This document shows, in pieces, positions 18,838 to 29,375 of a stretch of 64,000 bases of DNA. The position numbers were made by a program, and so were the translations under genes. The stretch lies in the IMG/VR virus record IMGVR_UViG_3300017739_000002; one strand, written 5' to 3'. The notes under the pieces are model-generated. The model was not told the origin of the DNA. It searched no databases and worked only from the letters and a program-made list of their open reading frames with translations. Origin of the DNA: an uncultured virus (IMG/VR IMGVR_UViG_3300017739_000002). Taxonomy: Duplodnaviria > Heunggongvirae > Uroviricota > Caudoviricetes. Position 1 is the stretch's first letter. Each line of letters starts with the position of its first letter.

Positions 18838-21321
18838 CTATTTCCCCTTTAAAATATTTATCTCTTCTTGTTGTGCGTCAACCTTAGCACTTAATTCTTT
18901 AACTGCTTCAATAAGGAGAGCTGTAAGTCTATCATACTTCACTGCTTTTGTACCATCTTCTCTATCAGTAACGATTTCAGGTAAAACTTTTTCCACTTCC
19001 TGTGCAATTACACCTACATCTTCTTTTTCTACGTAAGAATGTTTTTCAATATATTCATCTTTCCAGTCGTAATGTACACCTCTTATTTTATTAACTTTAT
19101 CTAATGCATTTTCAATGTTAACAATGTTTTCTTTTAAATTAATATCCGAACTGTAATACGCTGTAACATCACCAGTTGCATATATATCTCCAGATACATG
19201 TAACTTAGCGGCCGCTCCTGTATTTCCTATACCAACATTACCATTTGATTCAACACAGATCCTATGCGTAGTAGTAACATCATCATAAGCCATGTAAAAC
19301 TTGCCATCACCTACACCCATGGAATATCTAGTGTCAGTACTTCCTGCACCATCGCCCCTAAGATGTAGAACAGCATAGCCACCGTCGCCATCAATAGCAA
19401 CTTCTGTATTTCCATACGTAGAGGATGACCAATTAGCATCTGCTGGTGTAGATGTTCCAAAACCTACATGACCATCACCCGTAAGAACTATTTGATTTGT
19501 ATTTCTGTCACCATCGGTTCTTATTTTTAATAACTGGCCATCGTTAGTATAAGTAGGATTAGCTTGAATTATACTTGTTGTAGCACCTGACTGATCATAC
19601 GAAAATTCTAAACCAAGAGAAGCTCCACTACCGCCCACTCGTAAAGTGCCATCTTGTGTATTTGACCTAACATGCAAAGTAGATAGTGGACTTTCAGTTC
19701 CAATACCAACATTACCACCGCTTGCAATGGATAATCTATTGTTTCCACCTGTTGATAACTCTATATTATTAGCATCTACTACAAATTGTTTGTACGCACT
19801 ATTATCTCTATCGTATGAAATTAAATACGCACCTTCGCCTTGAGTTCTGCCACTAGTTACATAATGTACTTCTAAACCTTTACCTGCACTAGGACTAGAT
19901 GCGGCACCACTATTGTAAATTCTAGTGTATCCTGTATCTAACGTAGTTTGAGGAGATGTTGTACCAATACCTACATTACCACTACCGTCTGCTAAAACTA
20001 CTGTACCAGTAGCATCAGGTAAGGTAATTGTTCTGTCTGTTGTTGGATCTGCTACTGTAAGAGTTGTCTCAGCAGTATCGTTTGTGGCTCCTTCAAACTT
20101 CAATGTCATATCTTCAGTAAGAAGTATTCCATTTTCATTCATTCTTGTTATAATTTTATTTGAACCGTTTGCTCTAACCCAAAATTCTAATGTTCCATCT
20201 TCAGATCCGTTTGAAACATCTGCTATTTTACCTTTAATTTGTGCATAATTTCTTGTAGTTCCTGTATTACTTTTACCTGAAAACTTTAAACAACCAATAT
20301 AGTCTGCACTACTAGGTGATGCATTATTCCTAAATAAATCTAAACTAGGGCCTTCTGAATTTGATGCTGTAGTATCGGTAATATCAATACCAGTAGCTGT
20401 TGTTTCAAATATAGCTGAGTTGTTGTAATATAATGTCTGTCCTGCACCAGAATTAGTTTGTATACTAGTTTTTGTACCATCAGCATTTTGAAAATATGTT
20501 GTGCCTGAACGTAAGAATAAACTTCCTTCACCTGCATCATCTATATAACTATCTGAACCATCATGATAAATCTGTAAATCTGAACCTGTACCAAATATGG
20601 CTTTGTCGCTGTCACCAAATTTTATGTCGTTTCCATTAGTTTCTAAATCGCCACCTAATTGAGGTGTAGTATCTTCAGAAACATTGTTAATTGATATGGC
20701 TTGTACTCTAGCAGTTGTGTGGTATAAATTACTTGAACCTTCTGATACTGTATCTGTATTTCCTTGTGTAAATGTTAATACACCACTTGTACTATTATAT
20801 GATAACTGTGTTGAAGCTTCACTAATAGCGGCTCTTACTCTAGCAGTTGTATGGTATAAATTATTACCTTCAGTTAAATTATCTGTTGTCTTCGTTCCTA
20901 GCCTAGTGTCCCATCTAGCATCAGTATAATATAAATTACTTGAACCTTCTGAAAGACTATCAGTATCGTGATTAGATAGACTTGACACTGTGCCTGTTAC
21001 ATCACCAGTTAAATCACCAGTTACATCACCTGTAACATCGCCAGTTAATGCACCAATAAAGGTACTTGCTTTTATATCTGAATATGCAGATATAGGTATG
21101 TTTCCATCTGTGGCACCTGTATGAGCTGTTGAAACAAGAGCAAACTGGTCTTCACTTTCGTCCCATATTACTGCAACATTTGTAAGTGAACCACGTTCTA
21201 ATATTAAACCAATGTCAGATGAATTTGTGCCTGTCTCATCACCGTTTAGTGCGATAAGTGGATCATTAAATGCGGTTGCATCCGAATTAATGTTACTTAC
21301 CTGTATTTTCCTAAAACTCAT
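18838..21321 (-). CDS. Tail fiber with C-terminal S74 intramolecular chaperone
   Basis: GNVGIGT repeats; C-terminal SSDINLKENI...GVIAQEVEKVLPE...VKYDRLTALLIEAVKEL coiled coil. Confidence 0.9.
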   Translation of the reverse strand: MSFRKIQVSNINSDATAFNDPLIALNGDETGTNSSDIGLILERGSLTNVAVIWDESEDQFALVSTAHTGATDGNIPISAYSDIKASTFIGALTGDVTGDVTGDLTGDVTGTVSSLSNHDTDSLSEGSSNLYYTDARWDTRLGTKTTDNLTEGNNLYHTTARVRAAISEASTQLSYNSTSGVLTFTQGNTDTVSEGSSNLYHTTARVQAISINNVSEDTTPQLGGDLETNGNDIKFGDSDKAIFGTGSDLQIYHDGSDSYIDDAGEGSLFLRSGTTYFQNADGTKTSIQTNSGAGQTLYYNNSAIFETTATGIDITDTTASNSEGPSLDLFRNNASPSSADYIGCLKFSGKSNTGTTRNYAQIKGKIADVSNGSEDGTLEFWVRANGSNKIITRMNENGILLTEDMTLKFEGATNDTAETTLTVADPTTDRTITLPDATGTVVLADGSGNVGIGTTSPQTTLDTGYTRIYNSGAASSPSAGKGLEVHYVTSGRTQGEGAYLISYDRDNSAYKQFVVDANNIELSTGGNNRLSIASGGNVGIGTESPLSTLHVRSNTQDGTLRVGGSGASLGLEFSYDQSGATTSIIQANPTYTNDGQLLKIRTDGDRNTNQIVLTGDGHVGFGTSTPADANWSSSTYGNTEVAIDGDGGYAVLHLRGDGAGSTDTRYSMGVGDGKFYMAYDDVTTTHRICVESNGNVGIGNTGAAAKLHVSGDIYATGDVTAYYSSDINLKENIVNIENALDKVNKIRGVHYDWKDEYIEKHSYVEKEDVGVIAQEVEKVLPEIVTDREDGTKAVKYDRLTALLIEAVKELSAKVDAQQEEINILKGK

Positions 21322-21362
21322 AGCAATACCTTCTCTGCTTTAATGTATTTATGCTATTTCAT

Positions 21363-21393
21363 AAAAAAAGAGCAGGGCGAACCCTGCTCTTTT
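21363..21393 (-). terminator. Intrinsic terminator
   Basis: Minus strand GAGCAGGG-TTCG-CCCTGCTC followed by T7. Confidence 0.9.
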
Positions 21394-21408
21394 AATGTGT
21401 AGTTTAGA

Positions 21409-23325
21409 TTACTCTTTTTCTAATATAGCATCAATCTGTGCTTGCATTTTCTTGATGGTTTCTTTCATATTATCCATCTTTTCATCGTTTGCAGTGATTG
21501 TTTTATTAGTTTCTGCCAGTGCAGAACTTAGCTCTTTGATTGCATTGATTGCTAGACCCATCATGTTACCATAAGCAACACTTAGATATCCATCTTCATC
21601 TTCAATGACTGCTTCTGGTAATACTTTTTGTACATGCTGAGCAATTACACCAGTTTTTCTTCCGATTACATTGCCTTCCTTGTCTTCCATGTCATATGTA
21701 AAACCGTCAAGGTCATTAACTTTTGCCATTGCATTTTCAATTAGCTGAACATTACTCTTAAGTCTTTCATCTGAATATGCTGTAATATCACTATCAGCAA
21801 CAATGCTACCAGACACATCAATACCACTTGTTGTTACACGTAGTCTTTCAGTTCCGTTTACTACTGCTACTGTATGTGAGTTGTTACTCCATGCAATATA
21901 GTCATTTGCATCTCTACCAACATAGTTACTTGTTAGAATTGCGCCTGCTCCAGCATTTAGACCTGTACAGTTAATATTTGCACTACCATCTCTATATACA
22001 AGAGTATTTGCACTTGCGGCTGTAGTTGCGTTTGATGTTACTGTAAATGTAGCACCTTCTGCACCTGCAGAACCACTTAGACCATTACCTGCTACTGCAC
22101 CTGCGGCAACATAGTTACCTGCTGTATGTGTACCAAGTGTAACAGCATCTGCGGCTGGAGTCACAGTAATTGTTGGGTTACTTGAACCGTTAAAGGACAC
22201 GGAACCGTCTACTGAACCATCAATAGTAAATGTTCTAGATGTTTGCCATCTTGAAGCAGTAGATGCGTTAGCATCAATATCACCGCCACCAAGAGAAACG
22301 TTAGAACCACTAGCACTCAATGTAGCACCACCTAGTTTAATTGTAGAACCACTTAGAAATAGGTCACGGAATTTCAAATCATCTGAACCTAAGTCATATG
22401 TTTCGTCTGCGGCTGGTAAAATGTGTCCAGCTTTGATTGTTTCTGTACCTGTTGTCCATTCATCATCAGTTTCGTTCCATATAAAGGATACGTTTGTTGA
22501 TGTGCCACGTTCAATTTCAATACCACCATTTTCACTTGGTGCGCCTGTTTCATCACTATTAAGTGTAATTGTGCTATCACCAATGTTAACAACGTTTGAG
22601 TTGACTGTTGTAGTTGTACCACTAACTGTTAGGTTTCCGCCGATTGTTGCGTTACCTGTTGTAGTTAATGTAGTAGCCGCCACTGTTGATGCTGAACTAG
22701 CACCAATTGGTGTACCATCAATAGCACCACCGTTAATGTCAGCAGTTGTGATTGTTGCTGTACCACCTGATACGCTGATACCATTGGCCGCTGTAATTAA
22801 ACCGTCTGCACTAATTGCGCCTGCGGCTGAAATTGTAACACCAGTGGAACCATATCCATCACCAATTGTAATTGAACCGTCTACTACTGCATTACCATCC
22901 ATGCTAAAGTCACCATCAGCACTAATTGTAACACCAGTTGATCCGTAACCACCACCGATTGTTGTTTGTCCGCCAATTGTAATTTGTGCTGAAATATCAA
23001 CGTTTGCGTTAATATCAACAGCATCATCCATACGAACTGAGTCTTTAAAACGTACTGCATCTGTAAACTTCATTGGAAAACTTGCGTCATCCGCGTCAGT
23101 TGCCGCACCGTCTGTGGTTTTAACTTGTGCCGCCAAAATAGACACGTTACGTTCTAGATCAGCAATACGTCTTAGGTTTGATTTACTACCTGTGAAGACG
23201 ATATCTGTAGAGCCTTCGTTACCGGTAAATTCTGTTAGTGTACCGGCGTCATTATATTTGTATTTCTTGTCACGCTCAAGAGCTGTCGAGCTCGTTGCGC
23301 CACCTGTTCTCAGTTTTCTTGCCAT
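21409..23325 (-). CDS. Tail fiber with C-terminal S74 intramolecular chaperone
   Basis: G/S/T-rich body; YSDERLKSNV...GVIAQHVQKVLPEAV...SVAYGNMMGLAINAIKEL. Confidence 0.9.
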   Translation of the reverse strand: MARKLRTGGATSSTALERDKKYKYNDAGTLTEFTGNEGSTDIVFTGSKSNLRRIADLERNVSILAAQVKTTDGAATDADDASFPMKFTDAVRFKDSVRMDDAVDINANVDISAQITIGGQTTIGGGYGSTGVTISADGDFSMDGNAVVDGSITIGDGYGSTGVTISAAGAISADGLITAANGISVSGGTATITTADINGGAIDGTPIGASSASTVAATTLTTTGNATIGGNLTVSGTTTTVNSNVVNIGDSTITLNSDETGAPSENGGIEIERGTSTNVSFIWNETDDEWTTGTETIKAGHILPAADETYDLGSDDLKFRDLFLSGSTIKLGGATLSASGSNVSLGGGDIDANASTASRWQTSRTFTIDGSVDGSVSFNGSSNPTITVTPAADAVTLGTHTAGNYVAAGAVAGNGLSGSAGAEGATFTVTSNATTAASANTLVYRDGSANINCTGLNAGAGAILTSNYVGRDANDYIAWSNNSHTVAVVNGTERLRVTTSGIDVSGSIVADSDITAYSDERLKSNVQLIENAMAKVNDLDGFTYDMEDKEGNVIGRKTGVIAQHVQKVLPEAVIEDEDGYLSVAYGNMMGLAINAIKELSSALAETNKTITANDEKMDNMKETIKKMQAQIDAILEKE

Positions 23326-23379
23326 TTTCTTTCCCCTTTGGTTAAACTACCACGAGCTAGTAACTCTGTTACAGCAACA

Positions 23380-23405
23380 TGTAGGAGGAATGGCTTCCTC
23401 CTACA
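23380..23405. other. Intergenic perfect 11-bp hairpin without U-tract
   Basis: TGTAGGAGGAA-TGGC-TTCCTCCTACA between two fiber genes. Confidence 0.7.
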
Positions 23406-23419
23406 CTTGGATAGTTATA

Positions 23420-26400
23420 TTATGCGTTGGCGTGCTTTAAGCCAACTACTTCGATTTCGTCGTTCTCGTCTAGGACGCCTGCTACGATTGTCACTGTGCT
23501 ACCGCTTACGCTATATTCATCTGTTGGGCGTAGTAATACCCTGTTTAGGAATATTTGGTAAGTTAACGCTGTGGCTAGATCTGTAAATGTTAGATCAATT
23601 GTTCCACTTGCGTTATTGGTTGCTTGTGTGCCACTAATTACTTGGTCTGCACTGTGGAAGTGTACAAAGTCACTTACATCAGCTAGAGAACCATGTAGGT
23701 TTGTAGCATGTACGTCAGCAAACTTAGCTGAAGAACTACCAAGGTCATGTGTATTATCTGCACTTGGAATAATGTCCGAAGCAACGTCTGCATTAAACGT
23801 AACAGTATCAGAGTCTGCATCACCTAGTTCAATGTTACCACCGGCAACAATGTTACCACTTGCATAGATGTTACCTACAACATCTAGAGCTTGTGATGGT
23901 GTTGCTGTACCAATACCAACTCTTCCGTTTGTTACATCAACAACAAAGTCGTTAGTGTTAACAGCAAAGTCCTGAGTATTGTCTAAGTTAGCTGAACTAA
24001 ACGTTGGAACACTTGCTGTGGATGTTGCAATAACAACCGCTTGTGTACCTGTAGGCATTGCACTTTGGAATGTAATGTTTGTTCCAGAAATGTTATATGA
24101 ACCGTCTGAGCCGTCATATACGTCCTGGATAACACCACCAACATAAACAGTTGAGTTTGCTTCTGTTGCTGTAAATCCTAATGCGTGTGTAGTTGTAGAA
24201 CCATCACCATCAAGAGTAATACGGTTTGTACTACCAAATACCACTGTTGCTGGATCAACTAGTTCAACACCCGTTGCATCTGACTTAACTTGGATTAGGT
24301 ACTCTGCTTTACCAGTAAATGTACTGTCGTCCATGTCTGTAAGATTTAGTAGGCTAAAGAACTTATCGCCTGGTTCAAATTTACTTGCACCGTTGTTCCA
24401 TACTAGCACTTGTCCGTTAGTTGGCGCCGCTGTTGCAGTGTCAACATCACTTAGAGCATTAATACTATGGTTTGCAAGACTACTTACTGTACCTGTTACA
24501 TCACCTGTTACATCACCTGTAAGATCGCCTACAAAGCCACCGTTACCTGTAATTGCACCAGTAAATGTTGATGTTGAAGTTACCGCTAGTGTACCACCAA
24601 CTGTAGCGTTGTTTGTAATTGCGGCTGAAGCTGAGTTCATTGCACCAGTAATAGTGTTGTTACCACCAATAGTAACGTTACCACTAAACGCACCAGTTGT
24701 TGCTCCTGTAAGAGCACCACTTGTGAATTGTGCTGTACCGTCTGTAACTATGTTAGCAGTAACCGTTGCGTTTACAGTTACGCCAGTAAATGTAGCCGCG
24801 GCTGGTGTTGTTGCACCAATTGTACCATCAACATTACCTGTTACATTACCAGTTACGTTACCAGTTACATTACCAGTTACGTTACCTGTAACATCACCAG
24901 TTAAATCACCAGTTACATCACCTGTTACGTTACCTGTTAAATCACCAGTTACATCACCTGTTACGTTACCTGTTAGGTTACCTGTAACATCACCAGTTAC
25001 ATCACCAGTTAGATCACCTTCAAATCCTGCCGCTACAAAAGTTTCAGAACCTACTGTCCATTTATCAGTTGTTTCGTTCCAGATTAGTGTCTTGTTTGTG
25101 TCTGTACCACGTTCGATTTCGATACCACCGTTTTGTGAAGCGGCACCTGTTTCATCGCTGTTTAGTACAATAATGTTATCACCAATGTTTACTGTATTGG
25201 AGTTAACTGTTGTTGTAGTACCATTAACTGTTAAGTCTCCAGTAACAATAACGTTTCCAGATGCTGTAACTGTTGTTGCAGTAATATCATCTGTTGTTAA
25301 TGTACCGTCAACTTGAACGTTGTTAAATTGTACGTCATCACCTGTACCAACTGCTTGTCCAACTGCAAATGTAACTTTGTCTGAAGCCGCTGAAACTGTT
25401 GTTGTTACACCAGTACCGCCTTCAAATTCTAGTCCATCTGTTGCAAGGTTAATTGAATCAGATCCACTATCGCCAGTAATATCTAGGGTTGCACCTAGTG
25501 TTACGGATGAAGCAGATGTAAGTCTACCCTGTTGGTCAACTGTAATAACAGATGCCTGTGTAGCACTACCATATGTGCCTGGTGTTACTGCTGTGTTATC
25601 AAGTGTTAGTGTCGCTGTATCCGAAGTTACTGCTGAAGTAATACCTGTACCACCTGCAATAGTTAGTGTATCTGTACCAATATCAATTGTGTCAGAACCA
25701 CTATCACCTGCTACTGTCATTTGTGTAGTTGGCGAGGTTGTTGTAACTGCTGTTACAAGACCTTTTGAGTTAACAGTTACGACTGGAATCGCTGTACCAC
25801 TACCATAAGCACCTGCTGTAACACCACTGTTTGCTAGTGTTGCTGTTGCACTTACGTTACCAGAACCGTTAACACTTGTTAGTGTTGCTGTAACATCACC
25901 TGTTAAGGATAGGTCACGTGCAGTCTGCCATGCTGTTGCAGTTGTTGAGTTACCTGTTACATCACCTGTAACATCACCAGTTAGATCACCAGTCACATCA
26001 CCTGTTACATCACCTGTTACGTTACCAGTTAAGTTACCAGTTACGTTACCTGTAATAGTAGATGAAGCATTAAGTGTAGTTACACTTGCCGCCGCTGGAG
26101 TTCCACCACCGAGAATACCATCAACATTACCTGTTACATTACCAGTTAAGTTACCAGTTACGTTACCAGTTACGTTACCTGTTAGTGCTGAAGTAACACC
26201 ACCAAATGTAACTGCGTCTGTTGTACCAACTGCCTGACCAATTGCTATTGTGACTAGGTCATTAGTTGCATCAATAGATGTTGTAACACCTGTTCCACCT
26301 GTAAAGTCAATTGTATCAGAGGATGTGTCGATTGCGTCGGAACCACTATCAGCTTGGATGTTTAATGAAACACCTGGAGTTGCTGTGGTTACGTTTGTAA

Positions 26401-27955
26401 TACGACCATAACCGTCGATTGTTAGTACTGGTACTGCTGTTGAGCTACCTACTGAACCTGATACACCACTAATTGTGCTTAGGTCTACAGTTGCCGCTCC
26501 ACCTTCTGCTGTACCGTTTGTTACAACAATGTTGGTATTACCAGCATCTGCAATAGATTGTACATAGTTACCTGTTGTGTCTGTACCTAGTGCTACGCTA
26601 TCAGCGCCAACTGTTAGAGCAACGTTAGAAACGTTTGCACTACCGTCAAAGCTGAATGAACCAGTTACGTCACCGCCACCGAAAGTTACTGTACGAGCTG
26701 TTGCTAATGCACTTGCTGTGTCAGCGTTACCTGTTACATCACCAGTTACATCACCAGTTACATTACCGGTTAAATCACCAGTTACATCACCAGTTACATC
26801 ACCTGTAACATCACCAGTTACGTTACCTGTAACATTACCTGTTACATCACCTGTTACTGCACCAGTAAATGTTGCATCTGAACCATTTGTTCCAGATTCA
26901 AGAACTTTACTTGTACCGTTGTTTGCGTAAATGTCACCAGTTAAATCACCAGTAAACATAGCCGCACTAACTGCCGCCATGTTAAGGTCTGCCGCTACCC
27001 ATGCAGAACCATCATATACTTCTGCTGACCAACGATCATTTGTTTCATCCCATACGAATCTAGCATTCTCGCTAGTTCCACGTTCAATTTCAATACCAGC
27101 GTTCTCTGTAGGAGCGCCAGTTACATCATTGTTTAGTACAATAATGTTGTCGCCAAGCTCAATAGTGTTTGAGTTGACTGTTGTAGTTGTGCCGGAAACT
27201 GTTAAGTTACCGCCAATAGTTACGTTACCTGTTGTATCAACTGTAGTAGCAGTAATTGCCGCCGCTGAGTTTGCACCAATGATAGTGCCGTCAATAGCAC
27301 CGCCATTAACGTCAACTGTTGCAAATGTTGATGTGCCAGCTGATGTGATATTACCTGTAACATCACCAGTTAAGTCACCAGTAGCCATACCTGTAGAAGC
27401 ATTAATAGTAAAGTTGTTATTAATGTTCAGGTCTAAACTTAATCCTACAGATGTAAAGTTGGCCGCGGCTGGTGTAGTTCCACCAATCGTACCATCAACG
27501 TTACCTGTTACATTACCTGTTACGTTACCTGTGACATTACCAGTCAAATCACCAGTTACATCACCAGTTACATCACCAGTTAAATCTGATGTTACACCAG
27601 CAAACGTTACTGTGTCTGTTGTTGCCACTGCTTGCCCAATACTGAACGCACCGCTACTAACTGTAACACCTGTTCCACCTGAAGCGTATGAATCAAACGC
27701 ACTATTATGACGTGCAGTTGTAAAATACAAATTCGACGAACCTTCGGACATATTGTCAGATGTGCCCGATCCTAGGAGGTCCGTTAGTGTAATCTTAGCG
27801 AGGCTAGATCCACTATCGTCGAAAATAATCAGTTGGTCAGCTGTTAAATCAGCACCAGATACGGCAGTTTGAGAACTAATTGAAGTTGCCGCTAACTTTA
27901 CGTTGGTAACCGCTGAGTTAGCAATAGCAGGGGTTTTAATTTGTCTAAAAGCCAT
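23420..27955 (-). CDS. Long repetitive tail fiber (1511 aa)
   Basis: Many (V/L)TG(N/D) tetrapeptide runs, duplicated VNSN..IGD...LNSD...GIEIERGT modules and YGS...PV.TVD..GR.T repeats; late promoter TATAAATA 28048..28041. Confidence 0.85.
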   Translation of the reverse strand: MAFRQIKTPAIANSAVTNVKLAATSISSQTAVSGADLTADQLIIFDDSGSSLAKITLTDLLGSGTSDNMSEGSSNLYFTTARHNSAFDSYASGGTGVTVSSGAFSIGQAVATTDTVTFAGVTSDLTGDVTGDVTGDLTGNVTGNVTGNVTGNVDGTIGGTTPAAANFTSVGLSLDLNINNNFTINASTGMATGDLTGDVTGNITSAGTSTFATVDVNGGAIDGTIIGANSAAAITATTVDTTGNVTIGGNLTVSGTTTTVNSNTIELGDNIIVLNNDVTGAPTENAGIEIERGTSENARFVWDETNDRWSAEVYDGSAWVAADLNMAAVSAAMFTGDLTGDIYANNGTSKVLESGTNGSDATFTGAVTGDVTGNVTGNVTGDVTGDVTGDVTGDLTGNVTGDVTGDVTGNADTASALATARTVTFGGGDVTGSFSFDGSANVSNVALTVGADSVALGTDTTGNYVQSIADAGNTNIVVTNGTAEGGAATVDLSTISGVSGSVGSSTAVPVLTIDGYGRITNVTTATPGVSLNIQADSGSDAIDTSSDTIDFTGGTGVTTSIDATNDLVTIAIGQAVGTTDAVTFGGVTSALTGNVTGNVTGNLTGNVTGNVDGILGGGTPAAASVTTLNASSTITGNVTGNLTGNVTGDVTGDVTGDLTGDVTGDVTGNSTTATAWQTARDLSLTGDVTATLTSVNGSGNVSATATLANSGVTAGAYGSGTAIPVVTVNSKGLVTAVTTTSPTTQMTVAGDSGSDTIDIGTDTLTIAGGTGITSAVTSDTATLTLDNTAVTPGTYGSATQASVITVDQQGRLTSASSVTLGATLDITGDSGSDSINLATDGLEFEGGTGVTTTVSAASDKVTFAVGQAVGTGDDVQFNNVQVDGTLTTDDITATTVTASGNVIVTGDLTVNGTTTTVNSNTVNIGDNIIVLNSDETGAASQNGGIEIERGTDTNKTLIWNETTDKWTVGSETFVAAGFEGDLTGDVTGDVTGNLTGNVTGDVTGDLTGNVTGDVTGDLTGDVTGNVTGNVTGNVTGNVTGNVDGTIGATTPAAATFTGVTVNATVTANIVTDGTAQFTSGALTGATTGAFSGNVTIGGNNTITGAMNSASAAITNNATVGGTLAVTSTSTFTGAITGNGGFVGDLTGDVTGDVTGTVSSLANHSINALSDVDTATAAPTNGQVLVWNNGASKFEPGDKFFSLLNLTDMDDSTFTGKAEYLIQVKSDATGVELVDPATVVFGSTNRITLDGDGSTTTHALGFTATEANSTVYVGGVIQDVYDGSDGSYNISGTNITFQSAMPTGTQAVVIATSTASVPTFSSANLDNTQDFAVNTNDFVVDVTNGRVGIGTATPSQALDVVGNIYASGNIVAGGNIELGDADSDTVTFNADVASDIIPSADNTHDLGSSSAKFADVHATNLHGSLADVSDFVHFHSADQVISGTQATNNASGTIDLTFTDLATALTYQIFLNRVLLRPTDEYSVSGSTVTIVAGVLDENDEIEVVGLKHANA
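24826..25020 (-). repeat. 12-nt-period coding repeat encoding (V/L)TG(N/D) units
   Basis: About 16 tandem units such as accagttacatc/acctgttacgtt; similar runs near 25950-26185, 26728-26860 and 27500-27590. Confidence 0.85.
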
Positions 27956-28076
27956 TTTTTGATCTCCAAATCAAATATCGATATTTGATTTCCTATATTG
28001 AATAGGAAATTGCCCAAGGAATCATACCTCGAGCTAAACGTATTTATAGGTTAATTTGGGGAGTTAAGTACTTTTA

Positions 28077-29375
28077 TTATACTGGAAAATAACGTATATC
28101 AATGCTATGTCCTGCGTTTGGTGCCGTAGGAAATTGTAACGTTGTACCTGTTATTGAATATTGATTAGGACGTTTTACTACACCATTTACAATTACAAGA
28201 ACGCTACTAGTATTGTGTCCTGAATCAATAGTATAGTCTGTAGTACTACCATCTCCGGTATACAATGCACTTGTGTAAGTTAAATTGAGTGCCTGATTTG
28301 TAATACTTCCTGCTAATGGAGAAACTGCTGTTGCGTGAGCAGATCTATGTTTAACGTATAATTCTGAACCAGTATCCATAGCACCATTTGTGCTAATTAC
28401 AGCACCACTTAATGTAAAGTTTTCGCCAACGCCTGGACGCTGAATAACACCATCTACATAAACATCAATTGATTCAACATCAGCAGGTGTTGTAGAAAGT
28501 GTAAAGTTTATAGTTGTACCATCACCAGTAAAAATCTCATGACCTGGAATAGTTCCAGTTATTAAACTATCTTCAAAAGTAAAATTACCATTACCATCAG
28601 TTGTTAATACTTGTTGATTTGTGCCATCTGTTATTCCTAAATCTGTAAGATCACTAGGAATATTTGCTGTACTAAATGTAATTCTATTATTTGCTACATC
28701 TGCTGTTACTTGTATTGAGCCATCTGCAACAACTTCTAATGTATCACCACCACTTGCTGTAAGCGTATCTGGTGTTGGATCTGTTGGGCTTGTATATACA
28801 TCAACAACATTAAACACATTTGTTTGGGCACCAATTGTACCTACACCAAACGAACCCGTATAAACTGCACCAGTAATGTAAACACTTTTGCCAGTAAAAT
28901 TAACACCGTTAGGTAAATTATCACCAATAAAATGCAATACACCGGACTGGTAATCAAAGAACCATTCGTCATTGTTACCAGAACCGGTAGTAAAGACTTT
29001 ATTAGAAATACTAATGGCGCCTGCAGGATCACCACTAGTATGAATGTAGACGCTAACCAGATACGTACTACCAAATTCTGGTGGAATCCAGTCTGTTGTG
29101 TCTGTTTTCCATGTACGATTTGCTGAGGCTGTTACGTCATTGGTACATTCAACTGGATTACTACTTCCATACACTGTAACTTCACTTGTACTAGTACCTG
29201 GCAATGTAGCAGGAATACTTCCGGCCTGTTGCCAAACTTTGTCACCTCTTAATAGTAGCGGACTTGCTATAGCTTCGTTAGCGGCAAGTTTATTAGCGTT
29301 GGTGTCAGTCTTAGAAACACCAAAGCCAACTTTCTTAAACAAGTAATCAAGTTTTTGATTATCGGAAATAGCCAT
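28077..29375 (-). CDS. Virion structural protein
   Basis: Two FTGDG.T..FT...V.V.V.GV..RP...G..L.F modules at the C-terminus; WFFDYQSGVLHF. Confidence 0.65.
   Translation of the reverse strand: MAISDNQKLDYLFKKVGFGVSKTDTNANKLAANEAIASPLLLRGDKVWQQAGSIPATLPGTSTSEVTVYGSSNPVECTNDVTASANRTWKTDTTDWIPPEFGSTYLVSVYIHTSGDPAGAISISNKVFTTGSGNNDEWFFDYQSGVLHFIGDNLPNGVNFTGKSVYITGAVYTGSFGVGTIGAQTNVFNVVDVYTSPTDPTPDTLTASGGDTLEVVADGSIQVTADVANNRITFSTANIPSDLTDLGITDGTNQQVLTTDGNGNFTFEDSLITGTIPGHEIFTGDGTTINFTLSTTPADVESIDVYVDGVIQRPGVGENFTLSGAVISTNGAMDTGSELYVKHRSAHATAVSPLAGSITNQALNLTYTSALYTGDGSTTDYTIDSGHNTSSVLVIVNGVVKRPNQYSITGTTLQFPTAPNAGHSIDIRYFPV

Noticed and set aside
24826..27590. Tandem 12-nt repeats resembling a CRISPR or DNA repeat array
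   Set aside because: No unique spacers; variation is at third codon positions and the units encode (V/L)TG(N/D) within the fiber ORF.
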